From Clostridia bacterium (GTDB lineage Bacteria; Bacillota; Clostridia; Oscillospirales; CAG-272): a stretch of DNA of 30,104 nucleotides. The position numbers and the translations under genes were made by a program. The stretch lies in contig JAKSVJ010000001.1 in NCBI GenBank assembly GCA_024408015.1, positions 1-30,104 of the forward strand, written 5' to 3'. Below, in pieces: positions 9,183-17,932 of this stretch; position 1 is the stretch's first letter; each line of letters opens with the position of its first letter. A model generated the notes under the pieces. It saw nothing but the letters and a program-made list of their open reading frames with translations. It did no database searches and was not told the DNA's origin.

Positions 9183-9917
9183 ATGGCACTATACGTTATT
9201 GGTGATCTTCATCTATCATTTTCAACCGAAAAGCCGATGGATATATTCGGTAGTAGATGGGATAACTACATGGTAAAAATAGAGACCGAGTGGAAAAAAG
9301 TAGTTAAACCAGAGGATACAGTGGTGATAGCTGGTGATGTATCATGGGCTATGACAAACGAGGAATTAAAACCTGATTTTGATTTCATCGAATCTCTTCC
9401 TGGTACTAAGATTATATTAAAAGGCAACCATGATTATTGGTGGCAAACAATGACTAAGCTTCAAGCTTTCGTAAAAGAGAATGAATATAAAACAATAAAC
9501 TTTTTGCACAATAATGCTTATGAAGTTGAAGATTTCATCATCTGCGGAACAAGAGGGTGGTACAACGATGACAAAGCGACTCCAATAAGAGGAGCTGATA
9601 GCATGAAGATTGTTGCAAGAGAAGTTGAAAGAATAAAGCATAGCGTGGCTTGTGGAAAACAACTTATAGAAGAATCCGGAAAGCAAAAAGAAATGCTTAT
9701 GTTCTTGCATTTTCCGGCAATCTTCAAGGGGTATATGTGTGACGAGATTATTGCAGAGATATATAAAGCTGGAATAGAGCGTTGTTACTATGGTCACATA
9801 CATGGGAACTATGAAGCTAGGGATACAATTAATTATGCGGATATTGATTTCAAGTTGATTTCTGCTGACTACCTATTGTTTAAACCAGAGCTCATTGAAC
9901 CCAAATTGCAAAACTAG
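9183..9917 (+). CDS. Calcineurin-like metallophosphoesterase
   Basis: GDLH, GDVSW, GNHD, HFP and GHIH metal-binding motifs in the expected order; strong AGGAGG RBS. Confidence 0.9.
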   Translation: MALYVIGDLHLSFSTEKPMDIFGSRWDNYMVKIETEWKKVVKPEDTVVIAGDVSWAMTNEELKPDFDFIESLPGTKIILKGNHDYWWQTMTKLQAFVKENEYKTINFLHNNAYEVEDFIICGTRGWYNDDKATPIRGADSMKIVAREVERIKHSVACGKQLIEESGKQKEMLMFLHFPAIFKGYMCDEIIAEIYKAGIERCYYGHIHGNYEARDTINYADIDFKLISADYLLFKPELIEPKLQN

Positions 9918-9980
9918 TTTAACAAAGACACAAAAAGCCCAAAATACTAGAAAACAAGCACGAAAATGAGCATTTTTCGT

Positions 9981-10009
9981 TTGACATTATTGATTTCTAG
10001 TGTTATAAT
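9981..10009 (+). promoter_or_regulatory. Consensus SigA promoter with extended -10 for tig-clpP-clpX
   Basis: TTGACA (9981-9986), 17-nt spacer ending in TGT, TATAAT (10004-10009). Confidence 0.9.
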
Positions 10010-10044
10010 TACATTCGCGTAAAAATATCTATTCGGAGGATACG

Positions 10045-11478
10045 ATGGAACTATTAAATGTAAAAGATATCGCAACAAACAAAAAAGAACTGGAAATAAA
10101 GATTGACAAAGCTGCTTTTGACGTAGAAGTTAATAAAGCATACAAAAAGAATGTTGGTAGTATCAATATTCCAGGATTCAGAAAAGGTAAAGCTCCAAAG
10201 AGCGTTATCGAAAAAATCTATGGTAAGGGTGTATTCTACGAAGATGCAATCAATGCTCTCCTTCCAGAAGCTTATGATGCTGCTGTTAAAGAAGCAAAAT
10301 TGGATGTTGTATCTCGTCCAGAAATCGATATTAAGAATATTGATGATGCAGGCGTAGTTGTAACAGCTCAGGTTTTCGTTAAACCTACAGTAACAGTTAC
10401 AGAATACAAAGGTCTCAAAGCAACAAGAGACAATGTTGAAATCACAGATGAAGCAGTTGATGCTGAAATTCAGAAGGTTATCAAACGTAATGCTAGAGTT
10501 ATCGATGTAGTCGATCGTGCTGCTAAGACAGGCGACGAAGTTGTATTTGACTTCGATGGTTATGTTGATGGCAAACAGTTCAATGGTGGTAAGGCTGAAA
10601 AGTACAACCTTAAATTAGGTTCAGGTCAGTTCATCCCTGGTTTTGAGGATCAGATGGTTGGCAAAAACATCGGTGAAAACTTTGATGTTAATGTTACATT
10701 CCCAGCTGACTATCAGGAAGCTACATTGGCTGGTAAAGAAGCTACATTCAAATGCTTAATTCACGAAATCAAGGAAGAAGAACTTCCTGAATTCAATGAA
10801 GATTTCGTTAAAGATGTTTCCGAATTCGACACAGTTGAAGATTATAAAGCTGACACAAAGAAGAAACTCGAAGCTGATGCAAACAAAGCTGCAGATGCTA
10901 AACTTGACGAAGCACTTATGGATATGCTCGTTGAAAAACTCGAAGGCGAAATTCCAGAATGCATGTACGAAAACGAAGTTGAAAATCAGATTTCTGATTA
11001 CGAAAATCGTCTACGTTACCAGGGTCTCAAACTTGAAGACTTCATGAAATATACAGGTCAAACAATTGACACTCTCAAGACACAGTTCCGTCCACAGGCT
11101 GAAAAACAGGTTAAGACAAGACTTGCTCTTGAATATGTAGTTGCTACAGAATCAATCGTTCCAACAGCTGATGAAGTTGAAGAAGAATATAAGAAGATTG
11201 CTGAAGCTTACGGCATGGAAGTTGAAAAAGTTAAAGAAGCTATCGACGTTGAAGCTATCACAAAAGATGTTGCAGTAGGAAAAGCTGTTGCATTTGTTCG
11301 TGAAAATGCTACAGTTTCTGGCGCTAAGAAAGCTGCAAAAAAGACAACAAAGAAAAAAGCAGCTGAACCAGCTGAAGCTCCTGCAGAAGCTACTGAAGCA
11401 ACAGAAGAAAAGCCAGCTCCAAAGAAGACTACAAGAAAGTCAACAAAGAAAGCTGCTGACACAGAAGAAAGCAAATAA
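10045..11478 (+). CDS. tig: Trigger factor with a low-complexity C-terminal tail
   Basis: Ribosome-binding IPGFRKGKAP, FKBP domain (FDGYVDGKQF...GSGQFIPGFEDQ), codon usage typical of highly expressed genes. Confidence 0.97.
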   Translation: MELLNVKDIATNKKELEIKIDKAAFDVEVNKAYKKNVGSINIPGFRKGKAPKSVIEKIYGKGVFYEDAINALLPEAYDAAVKEAKLDVVSRPEIDIKNIDDAGVVVTAQVFVKPTVTVTEYKGLKATRDNVEITDEAVDAEIQKVIKRNARVIDVVDRAAKTGDEVVFDFDGYVDGKQFNGGKAEKYNLKLGSGQFIPGFEDQMVGKNIGENFDVNVTFPADYQEATLAGKEATFKCLIHEIKEEELPEFNEDFVKDVSEFDTVEDYKADTKKKLEADANKAADAKLDEALMDMLVEKLEGEIPECMYENEVENQISDYENRLRYQGLKLEDFMKYTGQTIDTLKTQFRPQAEKQVKTRLALEYVVATESIVPTADEVEEEYKKIAEAYGMEVEKVKEAIDVEAITKDVAVGKAVAFVRENATVSGAKKAAKKTTKKKAAEPAEAPAEATEATEEKPAPKKTTRKSTKKAADTEESK

Positions 11479-11483
11479 TATTG

Positions 11484-11516
11484 TTGGGGTTCGCAGACGA
11501 GAGTCTGCGAATTCAA
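11484..11516 (+). other. Intergenic GNRA-capped stem-loop without a U-tract (putative mRNA processing/stabilising element)
   Basis: TTCGCAGAC-GAGA-GTCTGCGAA (11490-11511), extendable by G-U pairs and TTG/CAA. Confidence 0.65.
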
Positions 11517-11546
11517 TTAATTGGGAAACTAATAGGAGGTTAGTAT

Positions 11547-12131
11547 ATGCCACTAGTACCATATGTAATTGATAAGACAGGAATGGGTGAACGTTCATAC
11601 GATATCTATTCCAGATTGTTGAATGATAGAATTGTGTTCTTGGCTGACGAGGTTAATGACACAACAGCTTCATTAGTAGTAGCTCAGTTACTCTATCTTG
11701 AGGCTCAAGATCCAGACAAGGATATTAGCTTGTATATTAATAGTCCAGGTGGTTCAATATCAGCCGGAATGGCAATATATGATACAATGAACTTCATCAA
11801 GTGTGATGTTTCAACAATTTGTATTGGCATGGCTGCTTCAATGGGAGCATTCCTTCTTGCAGCTGGTCAAAAAGGCAAGAGATATGCACTTCCTAATAGT
11901 GAAATCATGATTCACCAGCCTTTGGGTGGTACACAGGGTCAAGCTAGCGACATTAAGATTCAAGCTGAACATATCTTGAAAATCCGTAATAGAATGAACA
12001 CTATACTCGCAGAAAAGACAGGTAAGAGTATTGAAGAGATTGAAGTTGCAACAGATAGAGACAATTGGCTTGATGCTAATGCAGCAGTTGAATATGGATT
12101 GATTGATAAGGTTATAGATAAGAGAATTTAA
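11547..12131 (+). CDS. clpP: ATP-dependent Clp protease proteolytic subunit
   Basis: [21 protein letters not shown] (Ser), MIHQP (His), TDRD (Asp). Confidence 0.99.
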   Translation: MPLVPYVIDKTGMGERSYDIYSRLLNDRIVFLADEVNDTTASLVVAQLLYLEAQDPDKDISLYINSPGGSISAGMAIYDTMNFIKCDVSTICIGMAASMGAFLLAAGQKGKRYALPNSEIMIHQPLGGTQGQASDIKIQAEHILKIRNRMNTILAEKTGKSIEEIEVATDRDNWLDANAAVEYGLIDKVIDKRI

Positions 12132-12140
12132 GGAAGTTTT

Positions 12141-13358
12141 ATGGCCACAAAAAAGAATGACACATCAAAGTTTTGTGCTTTTTGCGGTATGACCGAAAAA
12201 GAAGTACCATTACTTATTCCGTCACCAATGAATGTATATATATGTAGTAATTGTATTGATACATACAATACACTCATAAATGATTATGTTGATAAAAGCA
12301 ACGAGGAACCTGACAGTGAACCTGCTGATTTGCCAAAACCAAATGAGATCAAAAAGACTCTCGATGAGTATGTAATCGGACAGAATGATGCAAAGATCGC
12401 TCTTGCTGTTGAAGTGTATAACCATTACAAGAGAATCTCACAGAAGAAGAACAAGAAAAAAAGTGATAACGATGTTGAAATTCAAAAGAGCAATGTTTTG
12501 CTTTTAGGACCAACTGGTGTTGGTAAGACCTATCTTGCTCAAGTTTTGGCTAAATCTCTTCAAGTTCCATTTGCTATCGCAGATGCTACAACATTAACAG
12601 AGGCTGGATATGTCGGAGAAGACGTAGAGAATATTCTTCTAAGACTTATTCAAGCTGCTGATTTTGATGTTGATAAGGCGGAACATGGTATTATATATAT
12701 TGATGAAATCGACAAAATTTCAAGAAAGAGCGAAAACCGCTCGATAACAAGAGACGTTTCAGGTGAAGGTGTACAACAGGCATTGCTTAAAATACTTGAA
12801 GGTACAGTTGCCAATGTTCCTCCTCAGGGTGGACGTAAGCATCCAAATCAAGACTTTATACAGATAAACACTGAGAACATCTTGTTTATTTGTGGAGGCG
12901 CTTTCGACGGTCTTTCTGAAATAATTGAAAAACGTAATGGTAATCAAACAATCGGCTTTGGTGGGGAAGTTAAAACTAAAGCTGAAAAGACAAAGACAGG
13001 TATTTATGAGGGTGTAACAGCTCATGATATTGTTAAATACGGTATCATACCTGAACTTGTTGGTAGATTGCCAGCGATTGTTGCTCTTGAACAATTAGAT
13101 GAAGAAGCTTTGAGAAGAATCCTTCTTGAACCAAAGAATTCACTCATTAAACAATACAAGAAATTGTTTGAAATGGATGGAATTAAGCTTGAGTTTACTG
13201 ATGCAGCGTTATCAAAGATTGCAAAACTTGCTCTTGATAGAGGTACTGGTGCTAGAGGCTTAAGGTCAATAATGGAGAATTTTATGATTCCTATTATGTA
13301 TGAAGCTCCATCATCTGGCAAAACAGAGATAACAATTGACGAAAAAGATGTAATTTAA
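12141..13358 (+). CDS. clpX: Clp protease ATP-binding subunit ClpX
   Basis: N-terminal C4 zinc finger (CAFC...CSNC), [32 protein letters not shown] loop, TGARGLR. Confidence 0.98.
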   Translation: MATKKNDTSKFCAFCGMTEKEVPLLIPSPMNVYICSNCIDTYNTLINDYVDKSNEEPDSEPADLPKPNEIKKTLDEYVIGQNDAKIALAVEVYNHYKRISQKKNKKKSDNDVEIQKSNVLLLGPTGVGKTYLAQVLAKSLQVPFAIADATTLTEAGYVGEDVENILLRLIQAADFDVDKAEHGIIYIDEIDKISRKSENRSITRDVSGEGVQQALLKILEGTVANVPPQGGRKHPNQDFIQINTENILFICGGAFDGLSEIIEKRNGNQTIGFGGEVKTKAEKTKTGIYEGVTAHDIVKYGIIPELVGRLPAIVALEQLDEEALRRILLEPKNSLIKQYKKLFEMDGIKLEFTDAALSKIAKLALDRGTGARGLRSIMENFMIPIMYEAPSSGKTEITIDEKDVI

Positions 13359-13360
13359 GA

Positions 13361-13391
13361 AAAAAGCTCGAGATATATTCTCGGGCTTTTT
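13361..13391 (+). terminator. Intrinsic terminator after clpX
   Basis: AAAAAGCTCGAGA-TATAT-TCTCGGGCTTTTT hairpin followed by a T-run. Confidence 0.85.
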
Positions 13392-13426
13392 AAAAATAGA
13401 AGCACAAATAGAAATACGAGGCCAAT

Positions 13427-14425
13427 ATGTTAGTAAAGGACATTGATTTTAAAATTCCAAGTGTGGCAAATTCCACAGGTGCAGTCTTTCAAAATCCTAT
13501 GACTCAACTTAATACAGCTGATCCAACAATTATTTATGATGATGTTCGTCAAGTATGGTATGCTGTAACCACAGGAGACAAAACTATCCTACTTCATAGA
13601 GCTAAGACTTTTGAAAAACTATTTCATGAGGAAGAAAAGATTATCTACGAAGCAAGAGATGAGGATGGTGTATATGGATATATTTGGGCACCTGAATTAC
13701 ATTTTGTTGATGGTCATTGGTATATCTACACTAGCACTCATGAAAAAGATAACAACAATAGAAAGCATTTGACCGTATATAGCGCCAAAACTGATGACCC
13801 GTGGGATGGGTTTGACTTTGCTGCTCATATAAATCCGAGTGTTTTTGCAATTGACCCAACTGTGGCAAGATTGAGCATAAATGGAAAACTATATATTTGT
13901 TTTTCATACGTTAGAGGACAGCAATTAATTGCAATTCAAGAAATGAAATCGCCAACAGAAGTTGTAGGCGAATTTTCTGTTATTGCTCAAGCTACATATC
14001 CTTGGGAGTTGGTGCCTCCGAATGACACAAACAAAATAAATGAAGGTGCATTTTTTGTTGAAAACCAGGGAAGAACATTCATAGTATATTGTGGTAATGG
14101 ATGTTGGAACAACGATTATGTTTTTGGCATATTGGAGCTTGTTGGTGATGATCCACTTAATCCAGATCATTGGGTAAAAGACGAGGTACCACTATTTACA
14201 AAAGGTAATGGATGTTATGGTCCAGGACATGGAACGTTCTTCTATTCTCCGGATAAGTCAGAACTCTGGATAGCATATCATTGCTTGCACGAATTTAATC
14301 CTGATAACTCTCCAATGGTGCGCCATTGCAACGCACAAAGAGTATATTTCGATTCTACTGGTTTCCCGCATATAGGACTTCCAACAGAACGCAACGTAAA
14401 TATACCAGTTCCGTCAAATAAATAA
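13427..14425 (+). CDS. Glycoside hydrolase family 43 (probable alpha-L-arabinofuranosidase/xylosidase), no signal peptide
   Basis: Five-bladed propeller motifs ADP (base Asp), WAPE, AIDPT (pKa-modulator Asp), INEG (acid Glu), GPGH. Confidence 0.9.
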   Translation: MLVKDIDFKIPSVANSTGAVFQNPMTQLNTADPTIIYDDVRQVWYAVTTGDKTILLHRAKTFEKLFHEEEKIIYEARDEDGVYGYIWAPELHFVDGHWYIYTSTHEKDNNNRKHLTVYSAKTDDPWDGFDFAAHINPSVFAIDPTVARLSINGKLYICFSYVRGQQLIAIQEMKSPTEVVGEFSVIAQATYPWELVPPNDTNKINEGAFFVENQGRTFIVYCGNGCWNNDYVFGILELVGDDPLNPDHWVKDEVPLFTKGNGCYGPGHGTFFYSPDKSELWIAYHCLHEFNPDNSPMVRHCNAQRVYFDSTGFPHIGLPTERNVNIPVPSNK

Positions 14426-14430
14426 AAACG

Positions 14431-14477
14431 AAATAAAAGCAGCTATAAGCCTATAGAACTCATAGCTGCTTTTATTT
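14431..14477. terminator. Bidirectional intrinsic terminator shared by GH43 (+) and the 65-aa ORF (-)
   Basis: Perfect 16-bp inverted repeat AAATAAAAGCAGCTAT (14431-14446) / ATAGCTGCTTTTATTT (14462-14477), giving T-runs on both strands. Confidence 0.85.
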
Positions 14478-14507
14478 ATGTTGATTTGAGAAGAATAGAA
14501 AACTAAA

Positions 14508-14705
14508 TTAAACTCTTGCTGTTGCTTTAGATTGTTTTAAAGCTCTATAAGCAAGAGGAGAGTATAAATCACACTTTTGATCGAGTTTGACAGCACGATG
14601 TCTTCTATCGAGCATCATTTCATTGATGTTGCTTCCGTAGATATCATCATTCTTTAATTCATATGTGCGTACGATGCATCCTGCAATATATTCGATCTGT
14701 TCCAT
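14508..14705 (-). CDS. 65-aa orphan small protein divergent from the XRE/S24 repressor
   Basis: ATG preceded by a GAGAGGT RBS, a consensus promoter about 35 nt upstream and a terminator about 30 nt downstream. No family recognised. Confidence 0.75.
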   Translation of the reverse strand: MEQIEYIAGCIVRTYELKNDDIYGSNINEMMLDRRHRAVKLDQKCDLYSPLAYRALKQSKATARV

Positions 14706-14740
14706 GTTATTTTACCTCTCGCGGTTGATTTTGTGAGTGC

Positions 14741-14769
14741 ATTATAACACTGCAAGGTAAAACTGTCAA
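14741..14769 (-). promoter_or_regulatory. Perfect-consensus SigA promoter with extended -10 for the 65-aa ORF
   Basis: On the minus strand, TTGACA (14769-14764), a 17-nt spacer ending in TGT, then TATAAT (14746-14741). Confidence 0.88.
14745..14760. promoter_or_regulatory. Putative operator O-L inside the -35/-10 spacer of the leftward promoter
   Basis: TAACACTGCAAGGTAA matches the palindrome TTACCTTGCAAGGTAA at 13/16; its last 10 nt are identical to O-R. Confidence 0.65.
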
Positions 14770-14773
14770 TAGC

Positions 14774-14809
14774 ATTTTATAAAAAAATATAAAATTTTAT
14801 AAAAAAATA
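14774..14809. repeat. A-tract direct repeat, 2 x 16 nt, 20-nt period
   Basis: ATTTTATAAAAAAATA at 14774-14789 and again at 14794-14809. Confidence 0.8.
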
Positions 14810-14818
14810 GAAAAACAC

Positions 14819-14847
14819 TTTACAATAGTATAAACTTGTGGTAATAT
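14819..14847 (+). promoter_or_regulatory. SigA-type promoter with extended -10 for the repressor gene
   Basis: TTTACA (14819-14824), a 17-nt spacer ending in TGG, then TAATAT (14842-14847). Confidence 0.65.
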
Positions 14848-14863
14848 TTACCATGCAAGGTAA
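14848..14863. promoter_or_regulatory. Putative operator O-R over the predicted +1 of the repressor promoter
   Basis: TTACCATGCAAGGTAA is 15/16 to a perfect palindrome. Confidence 0.7.
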
Positions 14864-14884
14864 TAATTTTAAGGTGGACTCATT

Positions 14885-15607
14885 ATGACATGGTTAGAAA
14901 ACATCAAAAGAATTAAAAAAATGAAGGGTTGGACAAACGATGACCTTTGTACAAAGTCAGAATTATCTCTTGGTACAATAAACAAGTTGTTTGCTGGACA
15001 AAGTGAAGATCCAAAACTCTCAACATTGATGCAGTTAGCAAAAGCTTTTGATATGCCTTTAGATGAGATGCTCGGACTAAGAGAGAATGATCCTTCTAAC
15101 ATGATGGATCCTGATCTTCTTAAAAAATATGTCGAACTCGATAAGGCAGGTAGAGAAACTGTCGATTATATAATAAATAAGGAATATAAAAGAATCTTAG
15201 ATGAAAAAAGAGCTCAGCCATATTCACTTGATGCAAGAAATATAAAGAAAATTAAGTTGTTTGAAATTTCTGCATCTGCGGGTACTGGCATATACTTGTC
15301 AGATTGTAAGAGCGAAGATATACCTGTGTTCCTTAATCCGATTACCGAGGCTGCTGATTTCGCTGTTAGAGTTAGAGGCGATAGTATGATGCCAAAATAC
15401 AAAGACGGTGATATTATTCTTGCAGAACAAGCTGACCAAGTTGATGAAGGTGAACTTGGACTATTCTCACTAAATGGAGAAGGCTACTTCAAGAAGTTTG
15501 GTGGAGATTGTCTTATCTCTTTAAATCCTCAATACGAAGATATAGACATAACCCCTTATGATGATTTGCACTGCTTTGGTAGAGTAGTTGGTAGATTGAA
15601 AAAATGA
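14885..15607 (+). CDS. XRE/cI-type HTH plus S24 peptidase self-cleaving repressor (HdiR/cI-like, not winged-helix LexA)
   Basis: N-terminal HTH (TNDDLCTKSELSLGTINKL...DPKLSTLMQLAKAF). Ala132-Gly133 in ASAGTG, Ser167 in VRGDSM, Lys204 in YFKK. The A-to-S (35) and S-to-K (37) spacings equal those of E. coli LexA (A84/S119/K156). Confidence 0.92.
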   Translation: MTWLENIKRIKKMKGWTNDDLCTKSELSLGTINKLFAGQSEDPKLSTLMQLAKAFDMPLDEMLGLRENDPSNMMDPDLLKKYVELDKAGRETVDYIINKEYKRILDEKRAQPYSLDARNIKKIKLFEISASAGTGIYLSDCKSEDIPVFLNPITEAADFAVRVRGDSMMPKYKDGDIILAEQADQVDEGELGLFSLNGEGYFKKFGGDCLISLNPQYEDIDITPYDDLHCFGRVVGRLKK

Positions 15608-15612
15608 TTTTT

Positions 15613-15641
15613 AGAGTGGTGTGAGAGCACCACTCTTTTTT
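15613..15641 (+). terminator. Intrinsic terminator after the repressor
   Basis: AGAGTGGTG-TGAGAG-CACCACTCT followed by a T-run. Confidence 0.85.
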
Positions 15642-15695
15642 GGCACTCACGACATGGCAAATGAAAAAAATAGATTATTTTTTTGCAAAAAGATA

Positions 15696-15724
15696 TTGAT
15701 TTTTTATTTTGTTTAGTGTAAAAT
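15696..15724 (+). promoter_or_regulatory. SigA promoter for groESL
   Basis: TTGATT (15696-15701), 17-nt spacer, TAAAAT (15719-15724), directly upstream of CIRCE. Confidence 0.65.
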
Positions 15725-15734
15725 AAGCACAAAG

Positions 15735-15761
15735 TTAGCACTTGGGAACACTGAGTGCTAA
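15735..15761. promoter_or_regulatory. CIRCE element (HrcA operator)
   Basis: TTAGCACTT-N9-GAGTGCTAA, one mismatch to the consensus TTAGCACTC-N9-GAGTGCTAA, upstream of groES. Confidence 0.95.
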
Positions 15762-15809
15762 AAAATAAATAAGTAAATTTTTAATGTATATATACATGGA
15801 GGTACAAAA

Positions 15810-16097
15810 ATGAAACTTACACCTTTATATGACAGAGTAGTAGTTAAAATGGTAGAAGTTGAAGAAACAACAAAGAGTGGTATCATTCTCACCGCTTCTG
15901 CTAAAGAGAAACCACAGGTAGCTGAAGTTATCGCTGTTGGCGATGGTTCTGCTCACGACGGTGGTGATAACGTTAAAGTTTTTGTTAAACCAGGCGACAA
16001 AGTAATTGTATCAAAATATGCTGGAACAGAAGTTAAACTTGACGGAGAAGAATTTATCGTTGTAAATATGGGCGATATTCTCGCAATCGTTGGTTAA
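15810..16097 (+). CDS. groES: Co-chaperonin GroES
   Basis: MKLTPLYDRVVVK, mobile loop TKSGIILT, VIAVG, DILAIV. Confidence 0.99.
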   Translation: MKLTPLYDRVVVKMVEVEETTKSGIILTASAKEKPQVAEVIAVGDGSAHDGGDNVKVFVKPGDKVIVSKYAGTEVKLDGEEFIVVNMGDILAIVG

Positions 16098-16108
16098 TAA
16101 ATAATTAG

Positions 16109-17755
<1,647 letters not shown>

Positions 17756-17797
17756 TCAACAAGCTCATCAACTAAGTATTAAAAATTATTAAGATTT

Positions 17798-17834
17798 AAG
17801 GGTATTTCATCAAAAAAATACCCTTTTCTTTTTT
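17798..17834 (+). terminator. Intrinsic terminator after groEL
   Basis: AAGGGTATTT...AAATACCCTT hairpin followed by TTCTTTTTT. Confidence 0.8.
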
Positions 17835-17865
17835 GATTTTTGCTCATTTGAGAAAACTAAGAATC

Positions 17866-17894
17866 TTGCAATTGAATTGATATTGTTGTATAAT
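17866..17894 (+). promoter_or_regulatory. SigA promoter upstream of uxaC
   Basis: TTGCAA (17866-17871), 17-nt spacer, TATAAT (17889-17894). Confidence 0.75.
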
Positions 17895-17932
17895 GAAAAA
17901 TAATGGATATTTATGCAAAGAAGGGTATTAAT

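Noticed and set aside
9417-9803. 128-aa antisense ORF and the other short overlapping ORFs in the track (e.g. 51-245, 1031-1727, 7948-8325, 14869-15102, 15556-15741, 19657-20022, 24069-24602)
   Set aside because: All overlap better-supported genes or regulatory DNA and lack convincing RBS or domain signal.
14712-14727. Third operator TTACCTCTCGCGGTTG over the RBS of the 65-aa ORF
   Set aside because: Only 10/16 to the palindrome, and the TTACCT part is explained by the RBS (AGGT on the minus strand).
14508-15607. Intact prophage immunity region (cI/cro)
   Set aside because: There is no integrase, att-like flanking repeat, antirepressor or structural gene nearby. Both units are closed by terminators and the small ORF has no recognisable HTH. 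A decayed phage origin cannot be excluded.
15640-15666. Second CIRCE (TTGGCACTC...)
   Set aside because: Only the left half-site is present. The sequence 9 nt downstream (CAAATGAAA) matches GAGTGCTAA at 3/9.
15664-15684. Inverted repeat AAAAAAATA-GAT-TATTTTTTT upstream of the groE promoter
   Set aside because: Homopolymer A/T arms are typical UP-element DNA and carry little information.
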